24,000 nt of DNA. It comes from an uncultured bacterium (lineage in GTDB: Bacteria > Planctomycetota > Phycisphaerae > Sedimentisphaerales > Anaerohalosphaeraceae). The notes beneath the pieces were generated by a model, which did not search any database, had not been told where the DNA came from, and worked only from the letters and a program-made list of their open reading frames with translations. Of the stretch, positions 7,417 through 16,182 are shown one piece after another; the stretch's first letter is position 1, and each line of letters starts with the position of its first letter. The translations under genes were made by a program, and so were the position numbers. The DNA is taken from contig CBDUPZ010000026.1 in NCBI GenBank assembly GCA_965369235.1, positions 2,371 through 26,370 of the forward strand, given 5' to 3'.

Positions 7417-8373
7417 TCAGTCGTTTTGGCTTTGGTTCGGTGGGTAATCGATGCCGCAGAAGCGTCTTTTTAATTTGCCCTGTTCTTCGTAAATCTCGTA
7501 AATCGGATTCCGCTCCATCTGCTCGGCGACAAGAGTGGGGTAGGGGCAGTATTTTTGGGGGTCATAAGGCTCAAGGTAGGGCAAAATATGTCGCTGCATG
7601 TAGATACCGGCAGCTTCTGCAAGGTCGTCTGTTCCATATTTTTCCCGGACAATGTTCTCAAGATAAGAATGCAGGGTGGGGTAGCGTTCAAAATCGCCCA
7701 ATTCGCGCCAGTTCGTGCGTTCGGAACGGTATAAATGATTCATGTCGCTTTTTATATTGCAGTGCATCCAGAGGGGTCTGTCCCAGTAAATCCTCTTCAT
7801 CAGCCGCCAGAACCTGACGACCTCCCTTCGGCCGTGGCGGAGAAACTTAAAGAACGGAAAGTGGCGATAGAACCTTACGCCCGGCGGTAACACGGCTTCC
7901 GGAACCTGTGCCCTTTCAGGGTTGGCTCTGTAACCTCCCTGCCTCATCGGCACGCCTGTATGCCAGAAATCACCGATTACACTGCCCATCGGTACTGCTA
8001 TCGTCTCCGGCCGAAGAAGCCGCTTGCGCTTCAAAAGGTACTCACGAAAACGCATAATGTCGTTTTCACCGTCCGTATAAGCCACGAAGTCCGCATCGGC
8101 ACGAAGAATCCACTCGTATGATGACTGCTCAAGCGCAAACTGCCGATTCTGGTACAGGTCTGCAAGTTCCGGCCGGTCAAAGAACTTTATCTTGTCGGAG
8201 TTTTGCCGCTGCAGGTCCCGCACGATATCTTTGGTGTGGTCGGTCGAGCCGTTGTCCACCACTATCAGCTCATCGCCGAACTCAAGAAAAGAGCGCATAC
8301 AGAGCGAGACCATTGCCTCTTCGTTCTGACATGCGATGAGCACCGAAATTCCTGGTTTGCGTTTTTTAGACAC
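7417..8373 (-). CDS. Family 2 glycosyltransferase
   Basis: ISVLIACQNEEAMVSLCMRSFLEFGDELIVVDNGSTDHT is a typical GT2 N-terminus, and a downstream ADADF acidic motif is present. Confidence 0.85.
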   Translation of the reverse strand: MSKKRKPGISVLIACQNEEAMVSLCMRSFLEFGDELIVVDNGSTDHTKDIVRDLQRQNSDKIKFFDRPELADLYQNRQFALEQSSYEWILRADADFVAYTDGENDIMRFREYLLKRKRLLRPETIAVPMGSVIGDFWHTGVPMRQGGYRANPERAQVPEAVLPPGVRFYRHFPFFKFLRHGRREVVRFWRLMKRIYWDRPLWMHCNIKSDMNHLYRSERTNWRELGDFERYPTLHSYLENIVREKYGTDDLAEAAGIYMQRHILPYLEPYDPQKYCPYPTLVAEQMERNPIYEIYEEQGKLKRRFCGIDYPPNQSQND

Positions 8374-8743
8374 GGATTCACACAGATTAACACTGTTTTT
8401 AATATCCTGGATTCCAGCTTTCGCTGGAATGACAAAGGGTATTCACTTATATCAATATATAAAATGTCATTCTGAGCCCTTCACAGCGCTCAGGGTGACA
8501 GTTTTATTGATAATTGAATAATAAAATAAACATTTTACCGAAAATCCTAAATCCTAATATCAAAACTCTAAACAATATCGAATTACCAAACTACAAATGC
8601 TCAAAACAGTGCCCTTTGACCAGAAACAGCTTTTTCGGGCATTAGAGCATTTGGATTTTGAATTTGTTTCGGATTTACGATTTAGAAATTAGGATTTCAT
8701 CGTTAGCGTTTATTTATTTTTCCAAAGAGCAATAAGATAGTTT
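8374..8743. repeat. Mosaic intergenic repeat block with several hairpins
   Basis: acacggattcacacagattaacac module. Hairpin attccagc-tttc-gctggaat (8411-8430). Hairpin tgtcattctgagc/gctcagggtgaca (8465-8500). Opposed low-complexity arms at 8540-8602 and 8645-8698. Confidence 0.75.
8465..8500. terminator. 13-bp stem hairpin with T-rich sequence on both sides, a possible terminator between the flippase and GT2 genes
   Basis: tgtcattctgagc (8465-8477) pairs with gctcagggtgaca (8488-8500), with two non-Watson-Crick positions. These are G-U in a plus-strand RNA and C-A mismatches in a minus-strand RNA. gttttatt follows on the plus strand and ttttatatat follows on the minus strand. Confidence 0.35.
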
Positions 8744-10231
8744 CTAACGCCGAAGATACCCGGCAACTGCGCTAATCGTCTTATTAATTCGCGCGGTCTC
8801 CGGCTTATCAAAAAATCTCAGAAGCAACAGCCCGCAAGGATACAACACGACAATTATTCCCAACTTAAACACAATGGACAAATACAGATTGTTGATTTCG
8901 TAAAGATAACCGGCCGAGAAGATCACTGCAACCACCGCACATATCTTCAGGAGTCTGGCCCACTCATATTCTATCCTGAACAGGCTCCTGTTATAGGCGT
9001 AGTCTAAGCCAAGCGTTATCACAAAGCTTATAAGAGTCGCCCAGGCCGCCCCGACCATGCCGTATCGTGGTATCAAAATAAGGTTCAGGTCAATATTCAG
9101 CACTGCCCCGATAGACGTACACAAGGCTATCGCGCCGGTCTTGCGCTTCAAAACAACACCCACATCAATCATACTCCTTGCACTCCAGAGCGAGTACGTA
9201 AGCGCTATAATCGGTATAACGCTGTATGAATCCCAGTATTGCCGCGCGGACATTACGACCAAAGCTTCCCTCGAAAGCAAAGCAATCAAAAGAAACACCA
9301 ACCCGGCGATTACAATAACATAAGTCAACGACTTGGCACAGAACCGGTTGAAATTCTCGTCCTCTTTGACCGACAAAAATACCGGCCCCCAAAGCCGTTT
9401 AAGAGGAGCAATAAGCACGATATTCACCAGCATCCCCAACTGGTAAGCCAAAGTGTACAATCCGACCTCATCCAGGGTTACATAATGATTCAGTATAATT
9501 CTGTCAAGATAGTTCAATACGAATGCGAATATCCCCACAAACGCCAGTGGTGTGCCGTATCGTATCAACTTGTGAGCTTCAGGCATGGAAAATTTTGCAA
9601 CGATATGATTTCGTATCATCCACAACAAAAACACCATGAAGATACTGTTGGTGATTAGTTGCCCCACAATCACACCCTTTATCCCCCACCCTGCTTCGGC
9701 GACAAGGTATATGATGATACCGGCTCTTACCAGAAGTGAAAGTGTCTGGCAGAAGACAAACTTTTTCGCCTCCTGGCGTACCCGAAATACCGCAAATGCA
9801 ATTTGATTGAACATATCGCAAATGGTGCCGGCGATTATCAGGATGAAATAAAATCCGTACTCCCTTGTTCCGAAAAGTGAATTTGATAACAATCCTGCAA
9901 GAAAAAGCCCGCACAAAAGCAAAACGATACTGTTAACAGCCGTCAGGAAAATGACTGTAGAGATGACAATCTTTCTCGGCTCGTTCCGGTCGTAGTCAAA
10001 AAATGACCTGACCAGCCCCTGCCTCAAACCCAAAGAAAAAATCACCCCGGCAATCTGACCCGTTATTACAATCAGCCCTAAGATGCCGTATTCGCTGGTC
10101 GCAAGCGCTCTTGTATAAAGCGGTATCAGAATAATACCGGCCAGCCGGCCCATCACCGAGCCTGCGCCGTAAAGTGCGCCTTGCCCAGCCATCAACTTAA
10201 ATTTCCGACCAAGCGTCGAATCCGATTCCAT
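8744..10231 (-). CDS. Polysaccharide/oligosaccharide flippase (Wzx-type, MOP superfamily)
   Basis: 495 aa and hydrophobic throughout, with roughly 12-14 predicted helices. The N-terminus has G..Y..GSV..R..G.I..PLYTR.L....YG, typical of the polysaccharide biosynthesis protein family. Confidence 0.8.
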   Translation of the reverse strand: MESDSTLGRKFKLMAGQGALYGAGSVMGRLAGIILIPLYTRALATSEYGILGLIVITGQIAGVIFSLGLRQGLVRSFFDYDRNEPRKIVISTVIFLTAVNSIVLLLCGLFLAGLLSNSLFGTREYGFYFILIIAGTICDMFNQIAFAVFRVRQEAKKFVFCQTLSLLVRAGIIIYLVAEAGWGIKGVIVGQLITNSIFMVFLLWMIRNHIVAKFSMPEAHKLIRYGTPLAFVGIFAFVLNYLDRIILNHYVTLDEVGLYTLAYQLGMLVNIVLIAPLKRLWGPVFLSVKEDENFNRFCAKSLTYVIVIAGLVFLLIALLSREALVVMSARQYWDSYSVIPIIALTYSLWSARSMIDVGVVLKRKTGAIALCTSIGAVLNIDLNLILIPRYGMVGAAWATLISFVITLGLDYAYNRSLFRIEYEWARLLKICAVVAVIFSAGYLYEINNLYLSIVFKLGIIVVLYPCGLLLLRFFDKPETARINKTISAVAGYLRR

Positions 10232-11119
10232 TTATTGTCTCAAATATTTCTCTGTGTCTAAATCCAACCGCGTGCAGAGGTCCTTAGTTTTTTCGTGAAT
10301 GTATTCAATCGATTCCGGCGTCAGGATTTTGGCCACGTCGTTTTCCGAATACACAAATTCGCCGCTGATGTCAGGCAAACCTTCTATCTTCTTCCAGTCT
10401 TCGGCGAAACGATTGTATCTAACTATGACGGCATTGTCATGCTCTAAGGACGTCCTCGCAAAATTAATCCAATAATGATGCGGGCCTGTTAAATAAGCAT
10501 CTATCCACTCGATAGTGTTGATATTCTCCAGCCCCCTTTTGAGGTAATCCTTCCCGTGTCTGCTTTCTTTGGAGTGAGAAATCAGCGAATTAAAGGGGTC
10601 CCGAATAAGATAAATTGTTTCAACACCCAAGTCTTTGAATATGCCGTATTCAGCCCAGTGCCCTCCAATCAGAACAACAGTAAAATCATCTTCTCGCTCA
10701 AGCGCCTCCATCCTATTAATGTATGATTTCACGAGCGCTTTGAGCGAATCTGTCGAGATGTCCGACTCCGATATCTCAAGCCCCGCCGACCTTGTGAGCC
10801 TTGTCTTGACAATATAGCCTCTTTGGCCAAGCAAATCATCCTTGAAAGTGTCTGAGTGTGGCTCATAAATCCCACTTGGGTGAAATGGCCAATCCGTCCA
10901 GAAACTGTCCGGCCGTTTCAAGACCTTCAGCTTACCAGAATAACAACCCAGCGCCCTAAGTAATCGGCTATACGGCTCTATCAGGGCCGGATGCTTCTCT
11001 AACCTTACCTTTGTTGTGTAAGTATTGAAAATTCCAAACAAGGGCCTGTAATTGTATTCATCCAAAGCTCGCAGAACAAAACTCGAACCGCCACCGCCAA
11101 GGGCACTTACTATTTTCAT
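10232..11119 (-). CDS. Sulfotransferase-like protein (tentative)
   Basis: N-terminal Gly-rich loop ALGGGGSSFVLRAL, IYLIRDPFNSLISH (compare the sulfotransferase RDPrd..vS motif) and VIVRYNRFAEDW (compare l.vrYEDL). Its TAA stop directly abuts the flippase ATG (10232-10234 / 10229-10231). Confidence 0.4.
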   Translation of the reverse strand: MKIVSALGGGGSSFVLRALDEYNYRPLFGIFNTYTTKVRLEKHPALIEPYSRLLRALGCYSGKLKVLKRPDSFWTDWPFHPSGIYEPHSDTFKDDLLGQRGYIVKTRLTRSAGLEISESDISTDSLKALVKSYINRMEALEREDDFTVVLIGGHWAEYGIFKDLGVETIYLIRDPFNSLISHSKESRHGKDYLKRGLENINTIEWIDAYLTGPHHYWINFARTSLEHDNAVIVRYNRFAEDWKKIEGLPDISGEFVYSENDVAKILTPESIEYIHEKTKDLCTRLDLDTEKYLRQ

Positions 11120-11137
11120 ATATTTGTCACCTGCATA

Positions 11138-11911
11138 TCACAGCCACAGCCTCAAGGCAGAACATATCAGCCATCGGTACGGTCTCAGCAACGGTCTTGG
11201 TATCCATGGATGTTTGTACGGATACTTCGTGAGAACATAGGCAGTTTCAGTCCCGTAGCACTCTTGCTTTTCGCCGTTGAAGTAGAACGGCTTCCATGAA
11301 CGTAACTCCGACTTACCTATCAATCGCTCATCCATGTCTTGATAACAGACCTGAAACGTTTTGTCACAAAACACGATGGGAAATTCCGGGGCGTAAAACT
11401 GCTTTACACGTTTTCGATTAACACTGCCGTATTTTCTTTTCTCGCTGTCATGCACCCCGATAAAGAGAATATCATCAAACTTTTTCCGGATTGCAGCAAA
11501 AAGTGGAGGCATATTTTTGCCTTTAGGACCATCAATAAAGAATGCTGTTGGCCGCTCCTCACGTGTCAACTTGTCGATATATATACGGGAGTCCCCCTCC
11601 ACAACGGTTGCAAACGGGTATTTCTCCAAGCGCCGTCGCGCAAATGTAATGCAACTGTCTTCATCAAAACCTATGGTAACAAAAGCCGATTCATTGTCGT
11701 TGCACGCCATTGCCCCACAGATGAAATTGGCACTGTACCCTCGGAATGTTCCCGACTCGATGAAAAGGCGCGGCTTGAACGTCCTAACCATACACCACAT
11801 AAAGAACATCTCGGTATTGAGTGGATTGCGGTCTGAGTACTCCACTGTCTCAAGAAACTCGCCAAACTCTTCGAGATACTCCTCGGGAGAAAATATATCC
11901 TTGAAGTTCAT
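11138..11911 (-). CDS. Class I SAM-dependent methyltransferase-like protein (tentative)
   Basis: LFIESGTFRGYSANFI (motif I-like), VVEGDSR and FFIDGPKG resemble Methyltransf_24/CmcI-type enzymes. I prefer the ATG at 11911 because it forms an ATGA overlap with the upstream gene's stop. The track start is 11974. Confidence 0.4.
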   Translation of the reverse strand: MNFKDIFSPEEYLEEFGEFLETVEYSDRNPLNTEMFFMWCMVRTFKPRLFIESGTFRGYSANFICGAMACNDNESAFVTIGFDEDSCITFARRRLEKYPFATVVEGDSRIYIDKLTREERPTAFFIDGPKGKNMPPLFAAIRKKFDDILFIGVHDSEKRKYGSVNRKRVKQFYAPEFPIVFCDKTFQVCYQDMDERLIGKSELRSWKPFYFNGEKQECYGTETAYVLTKYPYKHPWIPRPLLRPYRWLICSALRLWL

Positions 11912-12738
11912 ATCCTCACTCTCCGTTTTTTCCAGGCGAGTACCCGTTGTTGCAGATGATAATAAACAAAACAAAAGGGAAACCTAATCAATAAGAAGAC
12001 ATAATAGACGAAGAGATTATCGTAAGACAGTTTGGCTAAGACGTACGGCAGGCGCTTTCGCGATACTCCCTTGCCATGCCAGATGATACTGTCGGGCCTG
12101 AACCTCGAATCATTAAATTTGTCCGGTAATGGCGCAAACCTCAGCCGCTCCCTGAACTGTTCATATACCAGATAAAGAAATTCCTGATCGATACAAGTTT
12201 CAATCCCGCAATCTTCATCATACCTGCATAATGGCTTACCTGTATCTATCCACTCCCTGATGCGACGGTCGTATCGGCGCGCAAACTCGATACTCACATC
12301 ACTTGGGCGCAAGGCAATAACTCCGCTGTTAAATCTGCCTGCCTTTCTTGTTCCGCCCGCCCCTAACACATCGGCCTCCGGCCGGTATTGTACCATTAAG
12401 TCATAACTTTCCAGTTCAGCAAATAAGCCATCGATTGATCCCATTACAAGCATATCAGAGTCCAGATAAAGGGCAGGTTCTTTGTACGTTTCGAGCACAT
12501 ACAGAATCGGAGCGGCCCGTGCCGAGCACATCAGGCCCCGCCAACGCTGGGCGTCATACGGCCATTGAACGTGCTCGACAATCAGGTTCGGATGAAACCT
12601 GCGCACTCGGACAATCCTTTCCTCGGTCGAATTAACAAGGAAAAGATAAAACCGATGTCGAGGCGCCCGACTCGCACATGACTTTATCAAGGACACGGCC
12701 TCCGGCAAAAAATTATCATCCACAGCTGTAAGTATCAT
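11908..12738 (-). CDS. GT8-like glycosyltransferase
   Basis: N-terminal ILTAVDDNFLPEAVSLIKS, the DxD motif LYLDSDMLV and FNSGVIAL are all typical of GT8 (RfaJ/glycogenin-like) enzymes. Confidence 0.65.
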   Translation of the reverse strand: MILTAVDDNFLPEAVSLIKSCASRAPRHRFYLFLVNSTEERIVRVRRFHPNLIVEHVQWPYDAQRWRGLMCSARAAPILYVLETYKEPALYLDSDMLVMGSIDGLFAELESYDLMVQYRPEADVLGAGGTRKAGRFNSGVIALRPSDVSIEFARRYDRRIREWIDTGKPLCRYDEDCGIETCIDQEFLYLVYEQFRERLRFAPLPDKFNDSRFRPDSIIWHGKGVSRKRLPYVLAKLSYDNLFVYYVFLLIRFPFCFVYYHLQQRVLAWKKRRVRI

Positions 12739-12993
12739 TTATTTTAACTTCTCTACTGGAACCAAGCCACAAACATAACTTCCATCCAATCAAAAACTGC
12801 TCAGCGTTACACATCATACTAACGGCAGCGCTTGCAAAATGGAATAAAAATCAGGCTCCCTCTCGAACCTATTGATACTCAACCGCAGCTTAAATTTTGC
12901 ATTTACCTGCTGCCTTAATGGCAAACTCTTCGGATTGATATAGATTGACAAGAGCGGTCGTTTTTCGTAACCTCGTACGCAATTAACAAGTTT

Positions 12994-13064
12994 GCGGGCG
13001 TAGCTTAATGGTAAAGCCCCAGCCTTCCAAGCTGGTCATGTGGGTTCGATTCCCATCGCCCGCT
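12994..13064 (+). tRNA. tRNA-Gly (anticodon UCC)
   Basis: I folded the cloverleaf by hand. Acceptor GCGGGCG/CGCCCGC, D stem GCUU/AAGC, anticodon stem CCAGC/GCUGG with loop CU-UCC-AA, T stem GUGGG/CCCAU with loop UUCGAUU, discriminator U. CCA is not encoded. Confidence 0.9.
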
Positions 13065-13334
13065 TTTTGCTTTTTATACACCACGTTGTTATTTTCCAGT
13101 TTGCGGCGATACACAACCTTCCACGCAAAAACAAATTTTTTCATATTTCGAGTCCGATAACGGCAAAAGAGAAATTTTCATCCAACCACCCTTTTTCCGC
13201 TCAAAACCACAATATATCGAATTTGTATTGATAGCATCACAGCATTTTGGGCTTGGCGGTATCTTAATAGCTATTTTTTGGACCACAAAAGCCGGAGAGA
13301 GTAAAAATTTTTTCAAAAAAATCCGATTTAGTTG

Positions 13335-13362
13335 TTGACTTTGTGGGAGCGAGTGGTATATT
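13335..13362 (+). promoter_or_regulatory. Putative Pmra promoter with MraZ-box-like GTGG(G/T) repeats
   Basis: TTGACT (13335-13340), a 16-nt spacer, then TATATT (13357-13362). GTGGG at 13343 and GTGGT at 13353 are 10 bp apart. An inverted CCCAC lies at 13365-13369 and another GTGGG at 13384-13388. Confidence 0.5.
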
Positions 13363-13397
13363 AACCCACGAATTTGTTATTGAGTGGGACAAAAATC

Positions 13398-13889
13398 ATG
13401 TTGATGTTAACAGGTGAATATGAACACACGCTTGACGACAAAGGCAGACTCTTTGTCTCAAACCGATTGCGCAGCCAAATCGACGTTGAAGAACACGGCA
13501 GCAGTTTTTACTTAGTGTTGGGAACTAACGGGATACTCTGCCTTTATCCGGAAAAATATTTTCAGCAGATCGCCCTTGCCGGAGCGCCAGGGACGGCGGC
13601 CCCGGATGAAACCGTGGCATTTGAAAGGCTGAGCTTTGCATTGGCCAGCAAGATGGAGCTGGACCGGCAAGGACGATTACTGCTAAGCGAAAAACTGAGA
13701 AAGAGGGCAAAACTCGGAAAGGCTCTGACGCTTGTGGGCGTCAGGGACCATATTGAACTGTGGAACAGTAACGACTGGGAGAAATACCTCAGCGACAACC
13801 TGGGGCAGTATCAGTCGCAGATGGCCCACGCAAGACAGGCCGTGCTGCAGAAACAGACTCGTGAACTGGAACTTCAAGGAGAAAGCTAA
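13398..13889 (+). CDS. mraZ: Transcriptional regulator MraZ
   Basis: Two SpoVT/AbrB-type halves, each with the DxxGR motif (LDDKGRLFV, LDRQGRLLL). The HIELWN motif is present and the gene sits at the head of the dcw cluster. I prefer the ATG at 13398 over the track's TTG at 13374. Confidence 0.85.
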   Translation: MLMLTGEYEHTLDDKGRLFVSNRLRSQIDVEEHGSSFYLVLGTNGILCLYPEKYFQQIALAGAPGTAAPDETVAFERLSFALASKMELDRQGRLLLSEKLRKRAKLGKALTLVGVRDHIELWNSNDWEKYLSDNLGQYQSQMAHARQAVLQKQTRELELQGES

Positions 13890-14098
13890 TGCCTGATAAC
13901 GGGTGTAATCATTTTGAGGTAATAACAAAAAGTCTTACAGGTGACAGGCCGACCGACGAAGAAACATTCTCTTCAACTGCGGTTCTGGCCCAGCGTCTTG
14001 AAAGACTAAAGAGGAGCAATCCCTTGTTCGAGAAGATTGACTTTTCCGAGCAGGTAGAGGAATTGGCATTGTGCGAGATGATTTCGGCAATATGCTAA
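13889..14098 (+). CDS. Possible 69-aa ORF between mraZ and rsmH (uncertain)
   Basis: Its ATG overlaps the mraZ stop (TAATG). The product is hydrophilic with no recognisable motif. This could simply be non-coding spacer. Confidence 0.25.
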   Translation: MPDNGCNHFEVITKSLTGDRPTDEETFSSTAVLAQRLERLKRSNPLFEKIDFSEQVEELALCEMISAIC

Positions 14099-14146
14099 AG
14101 AAACTTTGCGCCGAAACGTTATTCGTAACATGGACTGACGAAAGCT

Positions 14147-15070
14147 GTGTCGGTGAACGGTGAAAGTGAAAATTTGCCGAATGAACACATAGCGGTACTT
14201 AAACAGGAATTAGCCGAGCGGATAATTATTCCCAAGGACGGGGTAATAGTGGATGCAACCGTGGGGCATGGAGGCCACAGCCTTCTGTTCGGTAAAGATT
14301 TGGGCCCTGATGGAATGATACTTGGGTTGGATGTTGATGGAAGCTGCCTCACCAGGGCCCATATAAATTTAAGCAGCCTTGTCTGCAAAGTCGTTCTGAT
14401 TCGTGAAAATTTCGCAGATATTTCAGACGCGGCGGCCCGGCATGGCATTGAAAAGGCTGATTTGATACTTGCAGATTTAGGTTTTTGCTCATCGCAGGTA
14501 TCAGACCCGCAAAGGGGGCTGAGCTTTGGCGAAAATATGCCCCTTGATATGCGGCTGGACGACAGAATCACAACAACAGCGGCGGACATTGTGAACAGCA
14601 GCGATGAGAAATCGTTGGCCGATTTGATTTACAAATTCGGGCAGGATAGAGGCTCAAGACGCATAGCACGTTTCATAGTTGAGCATCGCAAGGCCGGCCG
14701 GATAACAACGACGGGCCAGTTGGCGGCTATTGTTTGTCGGGCGTTGGGACAGCCGGCCAGGGGCCGAAAAAGCAAACTGCACCCGGCTACAAGGACTTTT
14801 CAGGCACTGAGAATCGCGGTAAACGATGAGTTGGGTAATCTGGAAAAGCTCGTTGCAGCGGCTCCGGATTTATTAAGGCAAAACGGTTTTATAGCAGTAA
14901 TCAGCTTTCACAGCCTTGAAGACCGAATCGTCAAGGCCGACTTCAGAAAAAATAATCTTGCAAGCATTTATGAAATCCTGACAAAAAAGCCGATTACTGC
15001 AACAAGGCAAGAAATTACCCGGAATACGAGAGCAAGAAGTGCGAAACTAAGAATTGCCAGGCGAAAGTGA
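14147..15070 (+). CDS. rsmH: 16S rRNA (cytosine1402-N4)-methyltransferase RsmH
   Basis: HIAVL..E ... VDATVGHGGHS, ADLGFSS-like ADLGFCSSQV and FHSLEDRIVK are present, and the gene follows mraZ as expected. The GTG start is uncertain (14147 or 14153). Confidence 0.9.
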   Translation: MSVNGESENLPNEHIAVLKQELAERIIIPKDGVIVDATVGHGGHSLLFGKDLGPDGMILGLDVDGSCLTRAHINLSSLVCKVVLIRENFADISDAAARHGIEKADLILADLGFCSSQVSDPQRGLSFGENMPLDMRLDDRITTTAADIVNSSDEKSLADLIYKFGQDRGSRRIARFIVEHRKAGRITTTGQLAAIVCRALGQPARGRKSKLHPATRTFQALRIAVNDELGNLEKLVAAAPDLLRQNGFIAVISFHSLEDRIVKADFRKNNLASIYEILTKKPITATRQEITRNTRARSAKLRIARRK

Positions 15071-15098
15071 ACAGAAGGTCAAAAAAGGAGTTTCGAAG

Positions 15099-15905
15099 AT
15101 GACCTCAGACGCAAAAGTTGGATTGTTGTTGAGCTTCGTATTTATAATCATCATCGCCTTTCTGATTAAGGGCCTCCCTGATTTCTTCCGGTCGGCATCG
15201 GCGCGGGAGGGGCTGACAACCTCTATCGACTGTTTCGCCTCCGGCGAGTCCGACCTGACAGACCAGGCTGAGGCGGCGATAAAGGCGATTAATACCATGC
15301 AACCGGCCAACCGGCAGGTGCAGCCCGAGCGACCGGTTGAAACCGGCGCCCAGGTCCGCTTCAGGAGAGAGCTTCCGGGCAAAACGACCCCCGCCGGTAC
15401 GGTATCCCCCAAGCAGCATATCGGCAATAAGATAGATAAAGGTCTTGCAAAAAGCTACGTAGTACAGCCCGGCGACAACCTGGCTGTGATTGCGATAAAG
15501 GTCTATGGCGCCGAGCAGGGCAATAAGAAAGTGGTTGTGAACAGGATTTTTGAGGCAAACAGGGAAATTCTGGATTCACCGGATGAACTCGCTATCGGCC
15601 AGAAACTAACAATACCGCCCCTTACGCCCACAGGCCAAAAACGAGACCAGAAAAAAGTAATTGCCGCGGCCGGCATAATCGATAAGGTAAAAGAGTTTGC
15701 AGAGAGGAATCTGTCTACACTTAAGAGCGCGGTTGGCATACCTGGTGAATACGTCGTCCAACCGGGCGACAATTTGTGGAAAATCGCCGACAGATTCTTA
15801 GCTGACGGTAGCCGGTACCACGAAATTGTGGAATTGAACAGCAATGTTATCGCAGATGCCGAAGACATCCAGGTTGGTATGCGTTTAGAACTGCCGTCTC
15901 GTTAA
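15099..15905 (+). CDS. Membrane-anchored protein with two LysM domains
   Basis: AAGGAG lies 8 nt upstream of the ATG at 15099. There is an N-terminal TM helix (VGLLLSFVFIIIIAFLI) and two LysM repeats: YVVQPGDNLAVIA...IGQKLTIP and YVVQPGDNLWKIA...VGMRLELP. Confidence 0.8.
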   Translation: MTSDAKVGLLLSFVFIIIIAFLIKGLPDFFRSASAREGLTTSIDCFASGESDLTDQAEAAIKAINTMQPANRQVQPERPVETGAQVRFRRELPGKTTPAGTVSPKQHIGNKIDKGLAKSYVVQPGDNLAVIAIKVYGAEQGNKKVVVNRIFEANREILDSPDELAIGQKLTIPPLTPTGQKRDQKKVIAAAGIIDKVKEFAERNLSTLKSAVGIPGEYVVQPGDNLWKIADRFLADGSRYHEIVELNSNVIADAEDIQVGMRLELPSR

Positions 15906-15929
15906 GACATTTGAAGGCGCCGCAAAACG

Positions 15930-16139
15930 ATGTCAAGGGCACGTTTAATCTTTATCGTATTCTACCTTACAACCCTTCTTATCGCCGCTGCCGGCCTTAG
16001 AATCTCGGCCAGCCGGCTCTTCTACAAATTCAACAAGGCCGTGGTAACACAGAATCGCTTAAGGCAGACGTTATGGCAAAAACAATTAGAGCTGCAAAAT
16101 CTGACAAACCCTCATGCAGTATCAGAGCGTATGGAGTAA
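15930..16139 (+). CDS. FtsL-like small bitopic division protein
   Basis: 69 aa with an N-terminal TM helix (LIFIVFYLTTLLIAAAGL) followed by a coiled-coil-like segment (RLRQTLWQKQLELQNL). It sits directly upstream of ftsI. Confidence 0.55.
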   Translation: MSRARLIFIVFYLTTLLIAAAGLRISASRLFYKFNKAVVTQNRLRQTLWQKQLELQNLTNPHAVSERME

Positions 16140-16182
16140 AAGAGTAAGCCCAAATACAATAAACAGGCAAACGTATCAATAA

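Noticed and set aside
11339-11987. 165-aa and 156-aa plus-strand ORFs
   Set aside because: They are antisense to the methyltransferase-like gene within a co-directional, translationally coupled minus-strand operon, and they have no motifs.
13065-13334. Integration remnant next to tRNA-Gly, and track ORFs 13040-13231 (+) and 13089-13316 (-)
   Set aside because: There is no integrase and I found no direct repeat of the tRNA 3' end anywhere in the window. Both ORFs need non-ATG starts and have no motifs. The region is more simply the AT-rich spacer upstream of the mraZ promoter.
14119-14589. 156-aa minus-strand ORF
   Set aside because: It is antisense to rsmH, which has unambiguous motifs. This is a shadow ORF.
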